NCBI GenBank assembly: GCA_046758505.1
Contig: JBHIAH010000005.1
Location: forward strand, 1-64,000
Length of the DNA stretch: 64,000 nt
Source: Candidatus Methylomirabilales bacterium
Lineage (GTDB): Bacteria; Methylomirabilota; Methylomirabilia; Methylomirabilales; CSP1-5
Direction: 5' to 3'
Under the pieces are notes generated by a model, which did not search any database, was not told where the DNA came from, and saw only the letters and a list, made by a program, of their open reading frames with translations. The position numbers and the translations under genes were made by a program. Numbering within the stretch: the first letter of the stretch is position 1; every line of letters begins with the position of its first letter. Shown piece by piece: positions 51,258-61,840 of the stretch.

Positions 51258-52376
51258 TTATATTTCCAAGAGTTTAGGAAACTTCGTCAGATTTCGACAG
51301 CCGGTTTCCGTCACCACCACGACATCCTCGACCCGCACCCCGCCTTCCCCCGGATAGTAGAGGCCGGGCTCGACGGTCACCACATTTCCGGTCCGCAGCA
51401 CCGCTCCCCGTTTTCCAATCCGCGGGGGCTCGTGGATCTCGAGCCCCAAGCCATGCCCCGTTCCGTGAAAAAAGCCTTGCATCCGTCCATCCACCTCGCC
51501 GGTGGGGAACCCCAAGCGTTCGAAGACCGCCGCCACCTCCCGGTGGATTGCGGCCCCATCGGCCCCATCCCGGATCAGGGCAACCGCCCGCTCCTGGGCC
51601 TGAAGCACCGCCTCATGCATCCGCCTCACCCGGACAGAGGCGTGTCCCCTGACGACCGTCCGGGTGATGTCGGCGAAGTAGCGGGTCCGGCTCGAGCGGG
51701 GAAAAATATCAATGACGATGGGCTGATGGGCCCTCAGGGGTCCCGTGCCGATCTGATGCGGGTCACTCCCCTGCTCGCCGCCGGCCACAATCGTATGTTC
51801 AGCCATGCAGTCACGGTCGAGGAGCGCATGGTGAATCAGCCTTCTCACCCTTTCCGCCGTGAGGCGCTCACCCGCGCGATACAGCTCGTCTCCCCGGATT
51901 TCGGCCTCGCGGATCGCCTGAACGGCCATGTCCAGTGCTCCTTCAGTGCACCGCAGCGCCTCGGCAATCCACCCGACCTCGGCCTCAGACTTGATGAGGC
52001 GAGCTTCAAAAAATGTCTCCTCCTTTACCCGGACATGAAACCCCTTGACCCGTAGCTTGTCCGCGTACTCCGCAGGAAAGCTCCCCGGGACCAGGAGGTG
52101 CTGGACCCTCCGCTCCCTGAGTGCCTCATCGACCGCATCGAGCACGGTCGGTTGCATGCCGCGGTCCTTTGCCCGGTCTTCATACTGTTGCAGCGGGAGG
52201 ATCGTTTCGACGGCGGCTTGGCTCCTGGCTCGGCCCAGCTCCAAGTCGCTCACCATGATGACCCGTTCCCCCCCCACCTGAAAGAAGGGGAACGGATCGG
52301 GGGCCAGGAAGCGGGTGGCGTAGTACAGGTCGGCATCCCGCTCACTGGCCGCAATGATGAGAAGCGCTTCGCTCAT
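51258..52376 (-). CDS. Xaa-Pro peptidase (M24 family)
   Basis: DITRT, HGTGHGLGLEIHE, TVEPGLY, GVRVED. Confidence 0.92.
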   Translation of the reverse strand: MSEALLIIAASERDADLYYATRFLAPDPFPFFQVGGERVIMVSDLELGRARSQAAVETILPLQQYEDRAKDRGMQPTVLDAVDEALRERRVQHLLVPGSFPAEYADKLRVKGFHVRVKEETFFEARLIKSEAEVGWIAEALRCTEGALDMAVQAIREAEIRGDELYRAGERLTAERVRRLIHHALLDRDCMAEHTIVAGGEQGSDPHQIGTGPLRAHQPIVIDIFPRSSRTRYFADITRTVVRGHASVRVRRMHEAVLQAQERAVALIRDGADGAAIHREVAAVFERLGFPTGEVDGRMQGFFHGTGHGLGLEIHEPPRIGKRGAVLRTGNVVTVEPGLYYPGEGGVRVEDVVVVTETGCRNLTKFPKLLEI

Positions 52377-52385
52377 AGCTCGCTA

Positions 52386-52707
52386 CCGTTGACCGACAAC
52401 CGATGACCGCCACCGGAGTTCACGGTCCGATGTCCGATGTCACCAAGAGCGAGGAGGGGATTCCTTCCGAGGGCGGCGACATCTGGCTTGCATCGGGCCG
52501 GGGTCCCGCCGCCGGAGCGCAGCGTAGGCGGGGGTGGCCCGCCTCGGCAACCTACAACGCCTCAGCATGCGTACCGTTGCCTCGGCGCATCACGTCCTCG
52601 GAGAATTTGACGCCGCCGAGGAAGGTCCCTCCCAGCTCTTGCTTTACGGTCATCGGTCATCGGTCATCGACTTCCCGACATCGGACGTCGCACTCCGGAC
52701 ATCGGGC
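52386..52707. repeat. MITE-like stem (52444-52641) nested within heptamer repeats
   Basis: Ends CAAGAGC/GCTCTTG with further imperfect pairing; flanked by CCGATGA/TCATCGG and GTCCGAT/ATCGGAC units. Confidence 0.6.
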
Positions 52708-53861
52708 CCCATCACGCCATGCATCACCAGCGGTTCCTCAATCAGCCGCCCCTCCTGGAATCTCCGGGGCGAGAGAGGGGCGATGTCGATTCCGGTAGTC
52801 TGACCGTTCAGGATCAGCTCGGCCATCAGCTTTCCGGCCACCGGGCCGTGCATAAAGCCGTGGCCACTGAAGCCGCACGCCAAGTAAAACCCCCGCACCT
52901 CGCTCTCGCCCAGGATCGGATGGTTATCGGGGGAGATGTCATAGAGACCCGCCCACCCCCGCACGATCTCCACGTCGGCGAGTGCCGGGAGCCGGTGGAC
53001 GGCCCTCGCCCGGACCTCCGGCACCATCTCCCAGTCTACCGCCGTGTTGAAACTTGACTCCCGATCGGTCCGCGCGGGGATCAGAGCCCCTCCCTCTTCC
53101 GGCCGGAAGTACCAGTCCCGATGCACGTCGATCGTCACCGGGACCTCCCGTGCGAGCTCGGGTACCGGAGCGCTCACGAAAAGCTGCCGCCTCCACGGAG
53201 TGACCGGCACCATTGCTCCCGCCATCCGCCCGACGGCACCGGCATAGGGTCCGCCGGCATTGACCACCACCGGCGCCGCAATCGCCCCGTCGCCAGTCTC
53301 GACCCCCAGCACCCGGCCCCCCCGAACGCGCACCCCGGTGACCTCACACCGCTCACGCAGCCGGACCCCGAGGCCGGCCGCCCGCTCCGCATAGCCCCAA
53401 ACCACCTGAAGGGGAGACGCGTATCCGTCTCCCGGGGAATAGGTCCCCTCCAAGAGATCATCGACCCGGAGGCACGGTGCAAGGCGCCCGATCTCGACGG
53501 GCCGCAGGACCTCCACGGAAACCCCGAGACGCCTCTGCAGTTCCACCGCCTTCCGAAACCGCGTCCGCTCCTCCTCGGTGCTCTGCAGGAAGAGATACCC
53601 GATTTCCCGGAAGTCGGGATCCCACCCCGTTTCCTCCCGGAAGGCCTGGAACATCTTGACGCTTTCGATCGAGAGTTGGATGTGGATCTCGGTGAGGAAC
53701 TGGCGCCGGATCCCCCCAGCCGACCGGCCGGTGGAGCCGCCCCCCAGGTGTCCCTGCTCGAGAAGAACGACCTTGAGACGAGAACTCCGCGCCAGATGAT
53801 AGGCGATGCTACAGCCGACGATGCCACCCCCGATGATGCAGACGTCCACTCGATCCGGCAC
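52650..53861 (-). CDS. FAD-dependent oxidoreductase (sarcosine oxidase beta/DAO family)
   Basis: IIGGGIVG, STGRSAG, WAGLYD.SPD, GFSGHGFM. Confidence 0.9.
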   Translation of the reverse strand: MPDRVDVCIIGGGIVGCSIAYHLARSSRLKVVLLEQGHLGGGSTGRSAGGIRRQFLTEIHIQLSIESVKMFQAFREETGWDPDFREIGYLFLQSTEEERTRFRKAVELQRRLGVSVEVLRPVEIGRLAPCLRVDDLLEGTYSPGDGYASPLQVVWGYAERAAGLGVRLRERCEVTGVRVRGGRVLGVETGDGAIAAPVVVNAGGPYAGAVGRMAGAMVPVTPWRRQLFVSAPVPELAREVPVTIDVHRDWYFRPEEGGALIPARTDRESSFNTAVDWEMVPEVRARAVHRLPALADVEIVRGWAGLYDISPDNHPILGESEVRGFYLACGFSGHGFMHGPVAGKLMAELILNGQTTGIDIAPLSPRRFQEGRLIEEPLVMHGVMGPDVRSATSDVGKSMTDDR

Positions 53862-53863
53862 GG

Positions 53864-56800
53864 CTATGGCGTGAACGGACCGGGGCCCCCAGGCTCAGCC
53901 CCTGCCTCGACCACCTCTGCAGCCCGGTCCTTTTGCCTCACGGCATGCGGGAGGATTTTCCAGAACAGGCAGAGATAATGGTCCCAGCGCTCCAGAATCT
54001 CCCGGGACCGGTCACTCTTGGTGACCTCGAGATGTCGCAGGACCAGAGCGCGAAGCTCCTCGGCATCTTCGGCCCGCTCCACCCGCTCGATCCCGACCAG
54101 TTCCGGGTTATAGCGCTGGGGAAACGTTCCGTCCTCATCCAGCACGTAGGCGACGCCGTTCGTCATCCCGGCGCCGAAGTTCCGGCCGGTCCCGCCCAGA
54201 ACCACCACACACCCCGCCGTCATGTACTCACAGCCGTGATCCCCAACGCCCTCGACCACGGCAGTGGCCCCGCTGTTTCGGATGGCAAACCGCTCCCCCG
54301 CCTGGCCGGCCGCCCAGAGGAAACCCCCGGTGGCCCCGTAGAGACAGGTGTTGCCCATGATCACATTTTCGTGCGAGCGATACCGGGCCTCGGGGGGCGG
54401 CACCAGGATGAGCTCGCCCCCGCCCAACCCCTTCCCCACATAATCGTTGGCCTCCCCCACCAAGACAAAGCGCATGCCCGGTGTCAGAAAGGCCCCAAAG
54501 CTTTGGCCAGCACTCCCCCTGAAGAAGACCTCAACGCTCCCCGCGGACAGTCCCCGATCCCCGTACCGGAGGGCGATCTGACCCGCCAGCGTGGCCCCCA
54601 CTGTCCGGTCGGTGTTGCCGATCCTGTAACTCAAACGGAGCGGCACCTTCCCCTCGAGCACCCCCCTGGCATCGCGCAGGAGAACATCGTTAAAGGGCTC
54701 GTCCGGCCGATCGTTCCGGCGCTGGATCGCGCGCCTCGGCCTCGTGCCGCTCGGATCCGGATCGGCGAGGATCGCCTGCAGGTTGAGGCGCGAGGCCTTC
54801 GGATGGCCAGGGGGCGGGACCGGCGCCAACAGATCCGTCCGCCCGATAACCTCGTCAAGTGTGCGGAAGCCGAGGCCGGCCAGGATCTCCCGGACCTCGT
54901 GGGCGACATGGGTGAGAAAATGAACCAGCATCTCGGGTGTGCCCCGGAACTTCGCCCGGAGGTCCGGCCTCTGGGTCGCCACCCCGACCGGACACGTATT
55001 CAGATGGCACTGCCGGGTCATGACGCACCCGACGGCCACCACGGCGGCAGAGCCAAAGCCGTACTCTTCCGCGCCCAGCATGGCAGCAACCATTACATCC
55101 CGGCCGGTCTTCATCCCTCCATCCACGCGTAAGGTGACCCGTCCCCGGAGGTCATTCCAGACCAAGACCTGCTGTGTCTCGGCAAGTCCCAGCTCCCAGG
55201 GGGCGCCGGCATTCTTGATGGAGCTGATCGGAGAGGCCCCCGTCCCCCCGTCGTGGCCGCTGATCAGGATCACATCGGCGTATCCCTTCGCCACCCCCGC
55301 CGCAATGGTCCCCACGCCGGCCTCGGCCACGAGCTTCACGCCCACCGTCGCCTGGCGGTTGACCTCCTTCAGGTCGTAGATGAGCTGGCTCAGGTCTTCG
55401 ATGGAGTAGATGTCGTGATGGGGTGGGGGCGAGATCAGGGGAATCCCCGGGACGGCGTGACGAATCTTCGCGATCATCTCCGAAACCTTGTGCCCGGGAA
55501 GTTGTCCCCCCTCGCCCGGCTTGGACCCTTGGGCCATCTTGATCTCGAGCTGCTCCGCCCGGACCAGATACTCCGGGGTGACGCCAAAGCGGCCGGAGGC
55601 CACCTGCTTGATCTTGGAGTTGGCGCTGTCGCCATTTGCACAGGGGATCCACCAGGCGGGATCTTCCCCCCCCTCCCCCGTGTTGGACTTGGCCCCGATC
55701 CGGTTCATCGCGATGGCAATGGTCCGATGGGTCTCCGGCGAGAGGGCGCCCAAAGACATGGCCTGCGTGGTGAAGCGGCGTCGGATCGCTTCCACCGGCT
55801 CTACCTGGTCGATGGGGAGGGGGGCATTCGGGGACTGAAAGCGGAGCAGATCCCTGAGCGCCAAGGGCTCTCGGCTGTTCACCAGCCCCGCGTACTGCCG
55901 ATACTCCTGATAGTCACCCCCCTTGGCGGAGTGCTGCAGGGCCTTCACCATCTTGGGGAAGAAGGCGTGCTGCTCGCCGCTCTGGCGGAAGCGATAGAAT
56001 CCGATCTCGGGGAGCTTCGCCGACGGTTCCATGCCGTACGCTTCGCCGTGCCGCATCAGCACATCCGCGCACAGCTCCCCGTACCCGACACCCCCAATCC
56101 GAGAGGGGGTACCGAGGAAGGAGCGTGCGATTACCTCATCATCGAGCCCGACCGCCTCGAAGATCTGAGCCCCTTGGTAGCTCGTGAGGGTGGAGATCCC
56201 CATCTTGGACATCACCTTCAGGATTCCCTTCCTGAGGGCGCTCCGGTAGTTTTTGAGGGCCTGCTCCACCGACAGGCCTTCTGTCGTGGCCGCCCGGGCC
56301 AGATTCTTGACCGTCTGAAAGGCGAGGTAGGGGTTCACGGCGGACGCCCCGTACCCGATGAGGCAGGCCAGGTGGTGGACCTCCCATGCCTCGGCCGTCT
56401 CCACCAACAGATCCACCCGCATCCGCTTCCCCTCGCGAATCAGGTGATGGTGGACCGACCCGACACAGAGGAGCATGGGGACCGGGGCATGGGTCCCGTC
56501 GACCCCCCGATCGCTCAGGATGAGAAGCGTCTTCCCTTGATCCACGGCCTGACTGGCCGCCTCGCACAGCGCGGCCACCGCGGCCCGCATCCCCTCGGCG
56601 CCTCCGGCCACCGGGAAGAGGGTGGAGAGGGTCACGGCGGCAAACCGAGGATCCTTCAGCCTCCGGAGAGGCTCGAGCTCATGATCCTCGAGCAGGGGGC
56701 TTTTCAGGTGGATCAGGTGCGCGTGGTGCGGCGTCTCATCGAGGAGGGAGCCCTTGGGGCCGAGATAGACATGGGACGACATCACCAGGCGCTCTCGCAG

Positions 56801-58405
56801 CGGGTCGATGGGGGGGTTGGTCACCTGGGCGAAGCGCTGCTTGAAATAGCCGTAGAGGAGCCGGGGTCGGCGCGAGAGGACCGCGAGGGGGGTGTCGTTC
56901 CCCATCGAGAAGACCGGTTCCTTGTTCTCGGCAAACATCGGCTTGAGGACGAGCTCGATCTCTTCGTTCGTGTACCCAAAGCAGACCTGCTGCCGCCAGA
57001 GGCTGGTCCCGTTTCCGCCACCCGCTCCTCCGTCGGCGGCGGGGGGGGCGATGGCAACCCGCAGGAGGTGCTTCTCGATCCAATCCCCGTATGGCCGCCT
57101 CCGGGCCATCTCTGCCTTGATCTCCGCGTTATGCTGCAGGACCCCCCGGCGGGTATCCACGGCGATCATCTGCCCCGGCCCCAACCGTCCCTTCTGCACA
57201 ATCCTTCGCTCATCCAGATCCAGGACCCCCACTTCCGACGCCATCAGGACGATCCCATCCTCGGTGACCGCATACCGGGCGGGGCGGAGGCCGTTTCGGT
57301 CCAGGGTCGCCCCGACCACCGTCCCGTCGGTGAACGCAAGCGCCGCCGGACCGTCCCAGGCCTCGGTCAGGCAGGCGTGGTACTCGTAAAACGCCCTGAG
57401 GTGCGGGTCCATCCCCGGCATGTTTTCCCAGGCTTCGGGAACCAGCATCATGAAGGCGTGCCGGATGTCCCGGCCGGACATGACCACCGCCTCGACCGCG
57501 TTGTCCAGATGGGCCGAGTCGCTGCCTCCCGGGGTCAGGATCGGCCGGAGCAACGAGACCCGGTCTTTCCACACCCGGGAGGTGAGTTCCTTTTCCCGGG
57601 CGTACATCCAGTTCTGATTGCCCTGGAGGGTGTTGATCTCGCCGTTATGGCCCAGCATGCGAAAGGGTTGCGCCAAGAACCAAGTGGGAAACGTGTTCGT
57701 GGAATACCGCTGGTGAAAGACGGCCAGGGCGGTCTTAAAGGCTGGATCCTGAAGGTCCCGATAGAACCGCCTGAGCTGCGGGGCGACGAAAAGCCCCTTA
57801 TAGACGATCGTCCGGTGGGAGAAAGAGGGAATGCAAAAATCCCGGACCTGCTCGGCCCAGACCTGCCTCTCGATCTCTTTCCGGCAGAGATAGAGGATCC
57901 GCTCGTACTCCTCGTCGGACGCCCCCAGCGGCCGCCCCATGAGAAACTGCTCGATCTGGGGGACGCCGGCGAGGGCTGTCTCACCCAAGGCGCTGAGATC
58001 CACCGGGACAGGACGCCACCCAAAGATCCGAAGTCCGTGTCGGGTCGCGCTCCCCTCCACGATGGCCCTGCAGAGGTGTTGACCCTCGAGATCCGGCCTG
58101 GGGAGAAAGAGCATGCCGATGCCGAGGTCCGCCCCCCCCACGAGCGGGACCCCGCACCGCTCCAGGTCCCGTCGAAACAGCTCCTGCGGGATCTGCGTCA
58201 GGACCCCCGCCCCATCGCCGGTCTTGCCGTCTGCCGAGACCGCGCCCCGGTGGGTGACATTCACCACCGCCTGGATTGCCATCTCGAGGATGGCGTGACT
58301 GCGGGTCCCCGAAACGTCGGCTACGAAGCCAACCCCGCAGGCATCCCGCTCTGTAAAGAGGGGATGCGCCCGCACACCGGGGGGATGGCGCTCTGCCTCC
58401 CTCAT
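53864..58405 (-). CDS. gltB: Glutamate synthase large subunit
   Basis: DACGVG, HQRYSTNT, EIKMAQGSKPGEGG, 3Fe-4S motif GCVMTRQCHLNTCP, GEANDYVGKG. Confidence 0.97.
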   Translation of the reverse strand: MREAERHPPGVRAHPLFTERDACGVGFVADVSGTRSHAILEMAIQAVVNVTHRGAVSADGKTGDGAGVLTQIPQELFRRDLERCGVPLVGGADLGIGMLFLPRPDLEGQHLCRAIVEGSATRHGLRIFGWRPVPVDLSALGETALAGVPQIEQFLMGRPLGASDEEYERILYLCRKEIERQVWAEQVRDFCIPSFSHRTIVYKGLFVAPQLRRFYRDLQDPAFKTALAVFHQRYSTNTFPTWFLAQPFRMLGHNGEINTLQGNQNWMYAREKELTSRVWKDRVSLLRPILTPGGSDSAHLDNAVEAVVMSGRDIRHAFMMLVPEAWENMPGMDPHLRAFYEYHACLTEAWDGPAALAFTDGTVVGATLDRNGLRPARYAVTEDGIVLMASEVGVLDLDERRIVQKGRLGPGQMIAVDTRRGVLQHNAEIKAEMARRRPYGDWIEKHLLRVAIAPPAADGGAGGGNGTSLWRQQVCFGYTNEEIELVLKPMFAENKEPVFSMGNDTPLAVLSRRPRLLYGYFKQRFAQVTNPPIDPLRERLVMSSHVYLGPKGSLLDETPHHAHLIHLKSPLLEDHELEPLRRLKDPRFAAVTLSTLFPVAGGAEGMRAAVAALCEAASQAVDQGKTLLILSDRGVDGTHAPVPMLLCVGSVHHHLIREGKRMRVDLLVETAEAWEVHHLACLIGYGASAVNPYLAFQTVKNLARAATTEGLSVEQALKNYRSALRKGILKVMSKMGISTLTSYQGAQIFEAVGLDDEVIARSFLGTPSRIGGVGYGELCADVLMRHGEAYGMEPSAKLPEIGFYRFRQSGEQHAFFPKMVKALQHSAKGGDYQEYRQYAGLVNSREPLALRDLLRFQSPNAPLPIDQVEPVEAIRRRFTTQAMSLGALSPETHRTIAIAMNRIGAKSNTGEGGEDPAWWIPCANGDSANSKIKQVASGRFGVTPEYLVRAEQLEIKMAQGSKPGEGGQLPGHKVSEMIAKIRHAVPGIPLISPPPHHDIYSIEDLSQLIYDLKEVNRQATVGVKLVAEAGVGTIAAGVAKGYADVILISGHDGGTGASPISSIKNAGAPWELGLAETQQVLVWNDLRGRVTLRVDGGMKTGRDVMVAAMLGAEEYGFGSAAVVAVGCVMTRQCHLNTCPVGVATQRPDLRAKFRGTPEMLVHFLTHVAHEVREILAGLGFRTLDEVIGRTDLLAPVPPPGHPKASRLNLQAILADPDPSGTRPRRAIQRRNDRPDEPFNDVLLRDARGVLEGKVPLRLSYRIGNTDRTVGATLAGQIALRYGDRGLSAGSVEVFFRGSAGQSFGAFLTPGMRFVLVGEANDYVGKGLGGGELILVPPPEARYRSHENVIMGNTCLYGATGGFLWAAGQAGERFAIRNSGATAVVEGVGDHGCEYMTAGCVVVLGGTGRNFGAGMTNGVAYVLDEDGTFPQRYNPELVGIERVERAEDAEELRALVLRHLEVTKSDRSREILERWDHYLCLFWKILPHAVRQKDRAAEVVEAGAEPGGPGPFTP

Positions 58406-58467
58406 CGTGGCTTCTGCTTTCCCAGACACCTGTCCTCTCCCCCTGCGCAATCGCCCAGGATAACCCT

Positions 58468-58496
58468 ATTCTACTGCTGCTCACTTGTTCGAGCAA
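58468..58496 (-). promoter_or_regulatory. gltB promoter with overlapping inverted repeat
   Basis: TTGCTC-N17-TAGAAT; palindrome TGCTC-N8-GAGCA at 58478-58495. Confidence 0.55.
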
Positions 58497-58563
58497 CGCG
58501 AATGGCAAATGTGATGGAGGAGGGTGGGCGAAAGACCGTATCGGAGACGGTGTGCCTCTTCCC

Positions 58564-59616
58564 CTAGCCCCCGATGTAGGACATCTCGATCCTGTGGAGC
58601 CCCGCCGTCTCGCCCGAGCGGACCTCCGAGTAGCGGTCGGTGCGGCCCTGCCAGATCCGGCCGATGGCGGTGCGAATCGCGGCGTCAGAGGCGCCTCCGC
58701 GGAGGAGGCCGCACAGATCATGGCCCGCGGAGGCAAAGAGGCAGGTATACAGTTTTCCCTCGGCGGAGAGGCGCGCCCGCGTGCAGTCGCCGCAGAAGGG
58801 CCGGGTCACCGACGCGATGACGCCGATTTCCCCGCCGCCGTCCCGGTAGCGCCAGCGCCGGGCGACCTCGCCCCGGTAGTTTGGGTCGGCCGGCTCGAGC
58901 GGCAACTCGGCGTGGATCCGCCGCACGATCTCTGCCGCCGGGACCACGTCGTCGAGCCGCCACCCGTTCGTCGCCCCGACGTCCATGTACTCGATAAACC
59001 GTAGGACGTGCCCGGTCCCGCGGAAGAAGTGAGCCATGGGGAGAATGCCGTGGTCATTGACCCCGCGCTTGACCACCATGTTGACTTTAACGGGCTTGAG
59101 CCCCGCCGCAGCGGCGGCCGCGATCCCATCCAGAACCCGGTCCACGGCGACGCCGACATCATTCATCGCCTGAAACACGGCGTTGTCCAGTGCATCGAGG
59201 CTTACCGTGACCCGTGTAAGCCCGGCCGCGCGGAGGGCCTCGGCCTGCTGGGCGAGAAGCACGCCGTTGGTGGTAAGCGTCAGATCGAGCCCCGGGAGAC
59301 CCGCGAGCATCCGCACCAACCGGTCCAGGTTGCGGCGCAGCAGCGGCTCCCCCCCGGTCAGGCGGAGCTTCTGGACGCCGTGGGCCTGGAAGAGCCGGGT
59401 GAGGCGCGTGATCTCCTCAAAGGTGAGGAGCGCTTCACGCTCGAGGAACGGGTAGTCCCGGCCGAAGACTTCTTTCGGCATGCAGTAGACGCACCGGAAG
59501 TTACAACGGTCGGTGACCGAGACCCGGAGATCGCGGAGGGGACGGCCGAGGGTGTCGGTGACGCTTTCGGGTGGTTTCGGTGGCTGACCCTTCGTGATAG
59601 GCGTCCGCTCAGACAT
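58564..59616 (-). CDS. moaA: GTP 3',8-cyclase MoaA
   Basis: [16 protein letters not shown]...C, C-terminal IGG. Confidence 0.96.
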   Translation of the reverse strand: MSERTPITKGQPPKPPESVTDTLGRPLRDLRVSVTDRCNFRCVYCMPKEVFGRDYPFLEREALLTFEEITRLTRLFQAHGVQKLRLTGGEPLLRRNLDRLVRMLAGLPGLDLTLTTNGVLLAQQAEALRAAGLTRVTVSLDALDNAVFQAMNDVGVAVDRVLDGIAAAAAAGLKPVKVNMVVKRGVNDHGILPMAHFFRGTGHVLRFIEYMDVGATNGWRLDDVVPAAEIVRRIHAELPLEPADPNYRGEVARRWRYRDGGGEIGVIASVTRPFCGDCTRARLSAEGKLYTCLFASAGHDLCGLLRGGASDAAIRTAIGRIWQGRTDRYSEVRSGETAGLHRIEMSYIGG

Positions 59617-59632
59617 GAGCTCACGGCCACGG

Positions 59633-59748
59633 TTCAGGGTTCAGAGTCGAGGGTTCATGGTGCATAGTTCAGGGTTCAGGGTGAAACGACCAAGCTTCAT
59701 CGCCGACAATCCCAAGTGTACCATGAACCACGAACCATGAACCGTCAA
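59633..59748. repeat. Palindromic heptamer repeat array
   Basis: Seven TTCAGGG-like units, then four complementary CCATGAA-like units. Confidence 0.8.
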
Positions 59749-59773
59749 TAGGCCATCGGTCAACGGGCATCAA

Positions 59774-60268
59774 TCATTGCGCCTGTTTCTTGGCGATCGT
59801 GTACCGCTCGATCTTCTCCTGGAGCTTCAGCACCCCGTAGATGAGGGCTTCCGGCCGCGGGGGGCAGCCGGGGACGTAGACATCCACCGGCACGACCAGG
59901 TCCACCCCCTTGACCACGTGGTAGGCGTCGTAATAAAAGGGCCCACCGGAAATGGCACACGCCCCCATGGCGATGACCCACTTGGGCTCGGGCATCTGTT
60001 CGTACAGGGTCTTGATTCTGGGGGCCATCTTTTCCGTTACCGTCCCAGCCACGATCATGACGTCCGACTGTCTGGGGGAAGGGCGAAAGACGCCCGCCCC
60101 GAGCCGGTCCAGATCAAACCGGGAAGCCCCCGTCGCCATCATTTCGATCGCACAGCACGCCAACCCAAAGGTCATCGGCCAGGGAGACGACTTGCGGGCC
60201 CAGTTAAAGAGCCAGTCGAGCGTGGTGGTCACGACCCCTGGCTCGATTTTCCCTTCTAAGACACTCAT
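59774..60268 (-). CDS. nuoB: NADH-quinone oxidoreductase subunit B paralog 2
   Basis: [29 protein letters not shown]. Confidence 0.93.
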   Translation of the reverse strand: MSVLEGKIEPGVVTTTLDWLFNWARKSSPWPMTFGLACCAIEMMATGASRFDLDRLGAGVFRPSPRQSDVMIVAGTVTEKMAPRIKTLYEQMPEPKWVIAMGACAISGGPFYYDAYHVVKGVDLVVPVDVYVPGCPPRPEALIYGVLKLQEKIERYTIAKKQAQ

Positions 60269-60292
60269 CGGTGCCTCCGTAAACCCGGACCC

Positions 60293-61753
60293 CTAAAGGC
60301 CCAGGGAGAGAAACTTCACCTCCAAAAACTCCTCGATCCCTTCCCGGCCTCCCTCGCGGCCCAGCCCGCTCTCTTTCACTCCGCCAAAGGGGGCTTGGGG
60401 GACCGAGGGACTTCCGTCGTTTACCCCAATGATCCCGTACTCGAGCTGCTCCGCCACCCGGAAGCAGCGACTCACATTCTGGCTGTAAAAATACGCCGCG
60501 AGCCCGTACCGCGTGTCGTTCGCCGCCCGAATCACTTCCGCTTCATCCCGAAAGGAAATCAAGGGGGCGACAGGCCCGAAGGTTTCCTCTTCCAGGATCC
60601 GCATCCCCTTCCGAACATCGGTCAGGACGGTCGGCTCAAAGAAGCGGCCCTGGGCGAACGGCCCCTCCGTCCGGGGCTTGCCCCCCGTGAGGACCTTGGC
60701 CCCCTTGGCGATGGCGTCCTCGACGTGCGTGCAGACCTTCTTGAACCCCTGTTCGTCGATCAGCGGGCCGACCTGTACGCCCTCGTCCAGCCCGTTTCCC
60801 AGCGTGAATCGCTTCACCTGCTCGACGAATTTGGCCGCGAAGGATTCCAGGATCGACTCGTGGACGTACATGCGATTGGCGCAGATGCAGGTCTGCCCCA
60901 TGTTCCTGAACTTCGAGGCTACCGCCCCGGCCACGGCCTTGTCCACGTCGGCATCCTCGAAGACGATGAACGGCGCGTGTCCCCCGAGCTCGAGGGAGAC
61001 GCGCTTTACATGCTCGGAGGCGCCGCGCATCAAGAGCTTGCCGACCTCGACCGAGCCGGTAAACGTAATCATGCGGACCAGGGGGTTTTCCAGAAGCTCC
61101 CGGCCCACCCCCCCCGGGTCCGAGGTGGTGATGCAATTGACCACGCCCCCCGGCAAGCCGGCCTCCTCGAAGATCTTGCACAGGGCAATCGCGGTGAGGG
61201 GGGTCTGCTCAGCCGGTTTCAGCACCACTGTGCACCCGGCCGCCAGGGCCGCCGCGATCTTTCGCGTCACCATGGCGGCGGGAAAATTCCAAGGGGTGAT
61301 GGCCGCCACCACCCCGATAGGCTGCTTGATCACCAGAAGGCGCTTGGTCGCCACCGAGGCGGGAATCGTCTCGCCGTAGACCCGCTTTGCCTCCTCGGCA
61401 AACCACGCCACAAACCCGGCCGCATACGCGATCTCCCCCCGGGACTCGACCAGCGGCTTGCCCTGCTCCGAGGTCAGGGTTCGGGCCAACGCCTCCTTGC
61501 GCTCGAGCATCAGGTCTCTGACCTTGAAGAGGAGTTTGGCGCGCTGCGTGGCCGCGAGCGCCGACCAGTCCGGGAAGACCCGGTGCGCCGCTTCGACGGC
61601 CCGCGCCGCATCCTGGGGTCCCGCATCGGGGGCCGCGGCGAGCTCTTCGCCCGTCGCGGGGTTATGCACGGAAAACGTGCGTCCCGACGAGGCATCGACC
61701 CATTGCCCATCGATATACTGTCGAGGCCGCCCCTCAATCACCGTGGAAGACAT
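60293..61753 (-). CDS. gabD: NAD(P)-dependent succinate-semialdehyde dehydrogenase
   Basis: TPWNFP, FTGS, LELGGHAP, KFRNMGQTCIC, EETFGP. Confidence 0.9.
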   Translation of the reverse strand: MSSTVIEGRPRQYIDGQWVDASSGRTFSVHNPATGEELAAAPDAGPQDAARAVEAAHRVFPDWSALAATQRAKLLFKVRDLMLERKEALARTLTSEQGKPLVESRGEIAYAAGFVAWFAEEAKRVYGETIPASVATKRLLVIKQPIGVVAAITPWNFPAAMVTRKIAAALAAGCTVVLKPAEQTPLTAIALCKIFEEAGLPGGVVNCITTSDPGGVGRELLENPLVRMITFTGSVEVGKLLMRGASEHVKRVSLELGGHAPFIVFEDADVDKAVAGAVASKFRNMGQTCICANRMYVHESILESFAAKFVEQVKRFTLGNGLDEGVQVGPLIDEQGFKKVCTHVEDAIAKGAKVLTGGKPRTEGPFAQGRFFEPTVLTDVRKGMRILEEETFGPVAPLISFRDEAEVIRAANDTRYGLAAYFYSQNVSRCFRVAEQLEYGIIGVNDGSPSVPQAPFGGVKESGLGREGGREGIEEFLEVKFLSLGL

Positions 61754-61810
61754 ATCCCGTTCCGTTTCCTGGAAATGAATTTTTTAAAGGAAGGTCAATG
61801 CTTTATAAAA

Positions 61811-61840
61811 AGTATAGGGGGGCGAGTCCCGGCGTGTCAA
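61811..61840 (-). promoter_or_regulatory. Sigma70 promoter for gabD
   Basis: TTGACA-N18-TATACT on the minus strand. Confidence 0.65.

Noticed and set aside
55253..58567. 1104-aa plus-strand ORF
   Set aside because: Antisense shadow of gltB caused by high-GC codon bias; no motifs. The same applies to long antisense ORFs over ftsH, gabD, iscS and the epimerase fusion.
59633..59748. Heptamer arrays as CRISPR
   Set aside because: Units are 7 bp with no unique spacers, and no cas genes are present.
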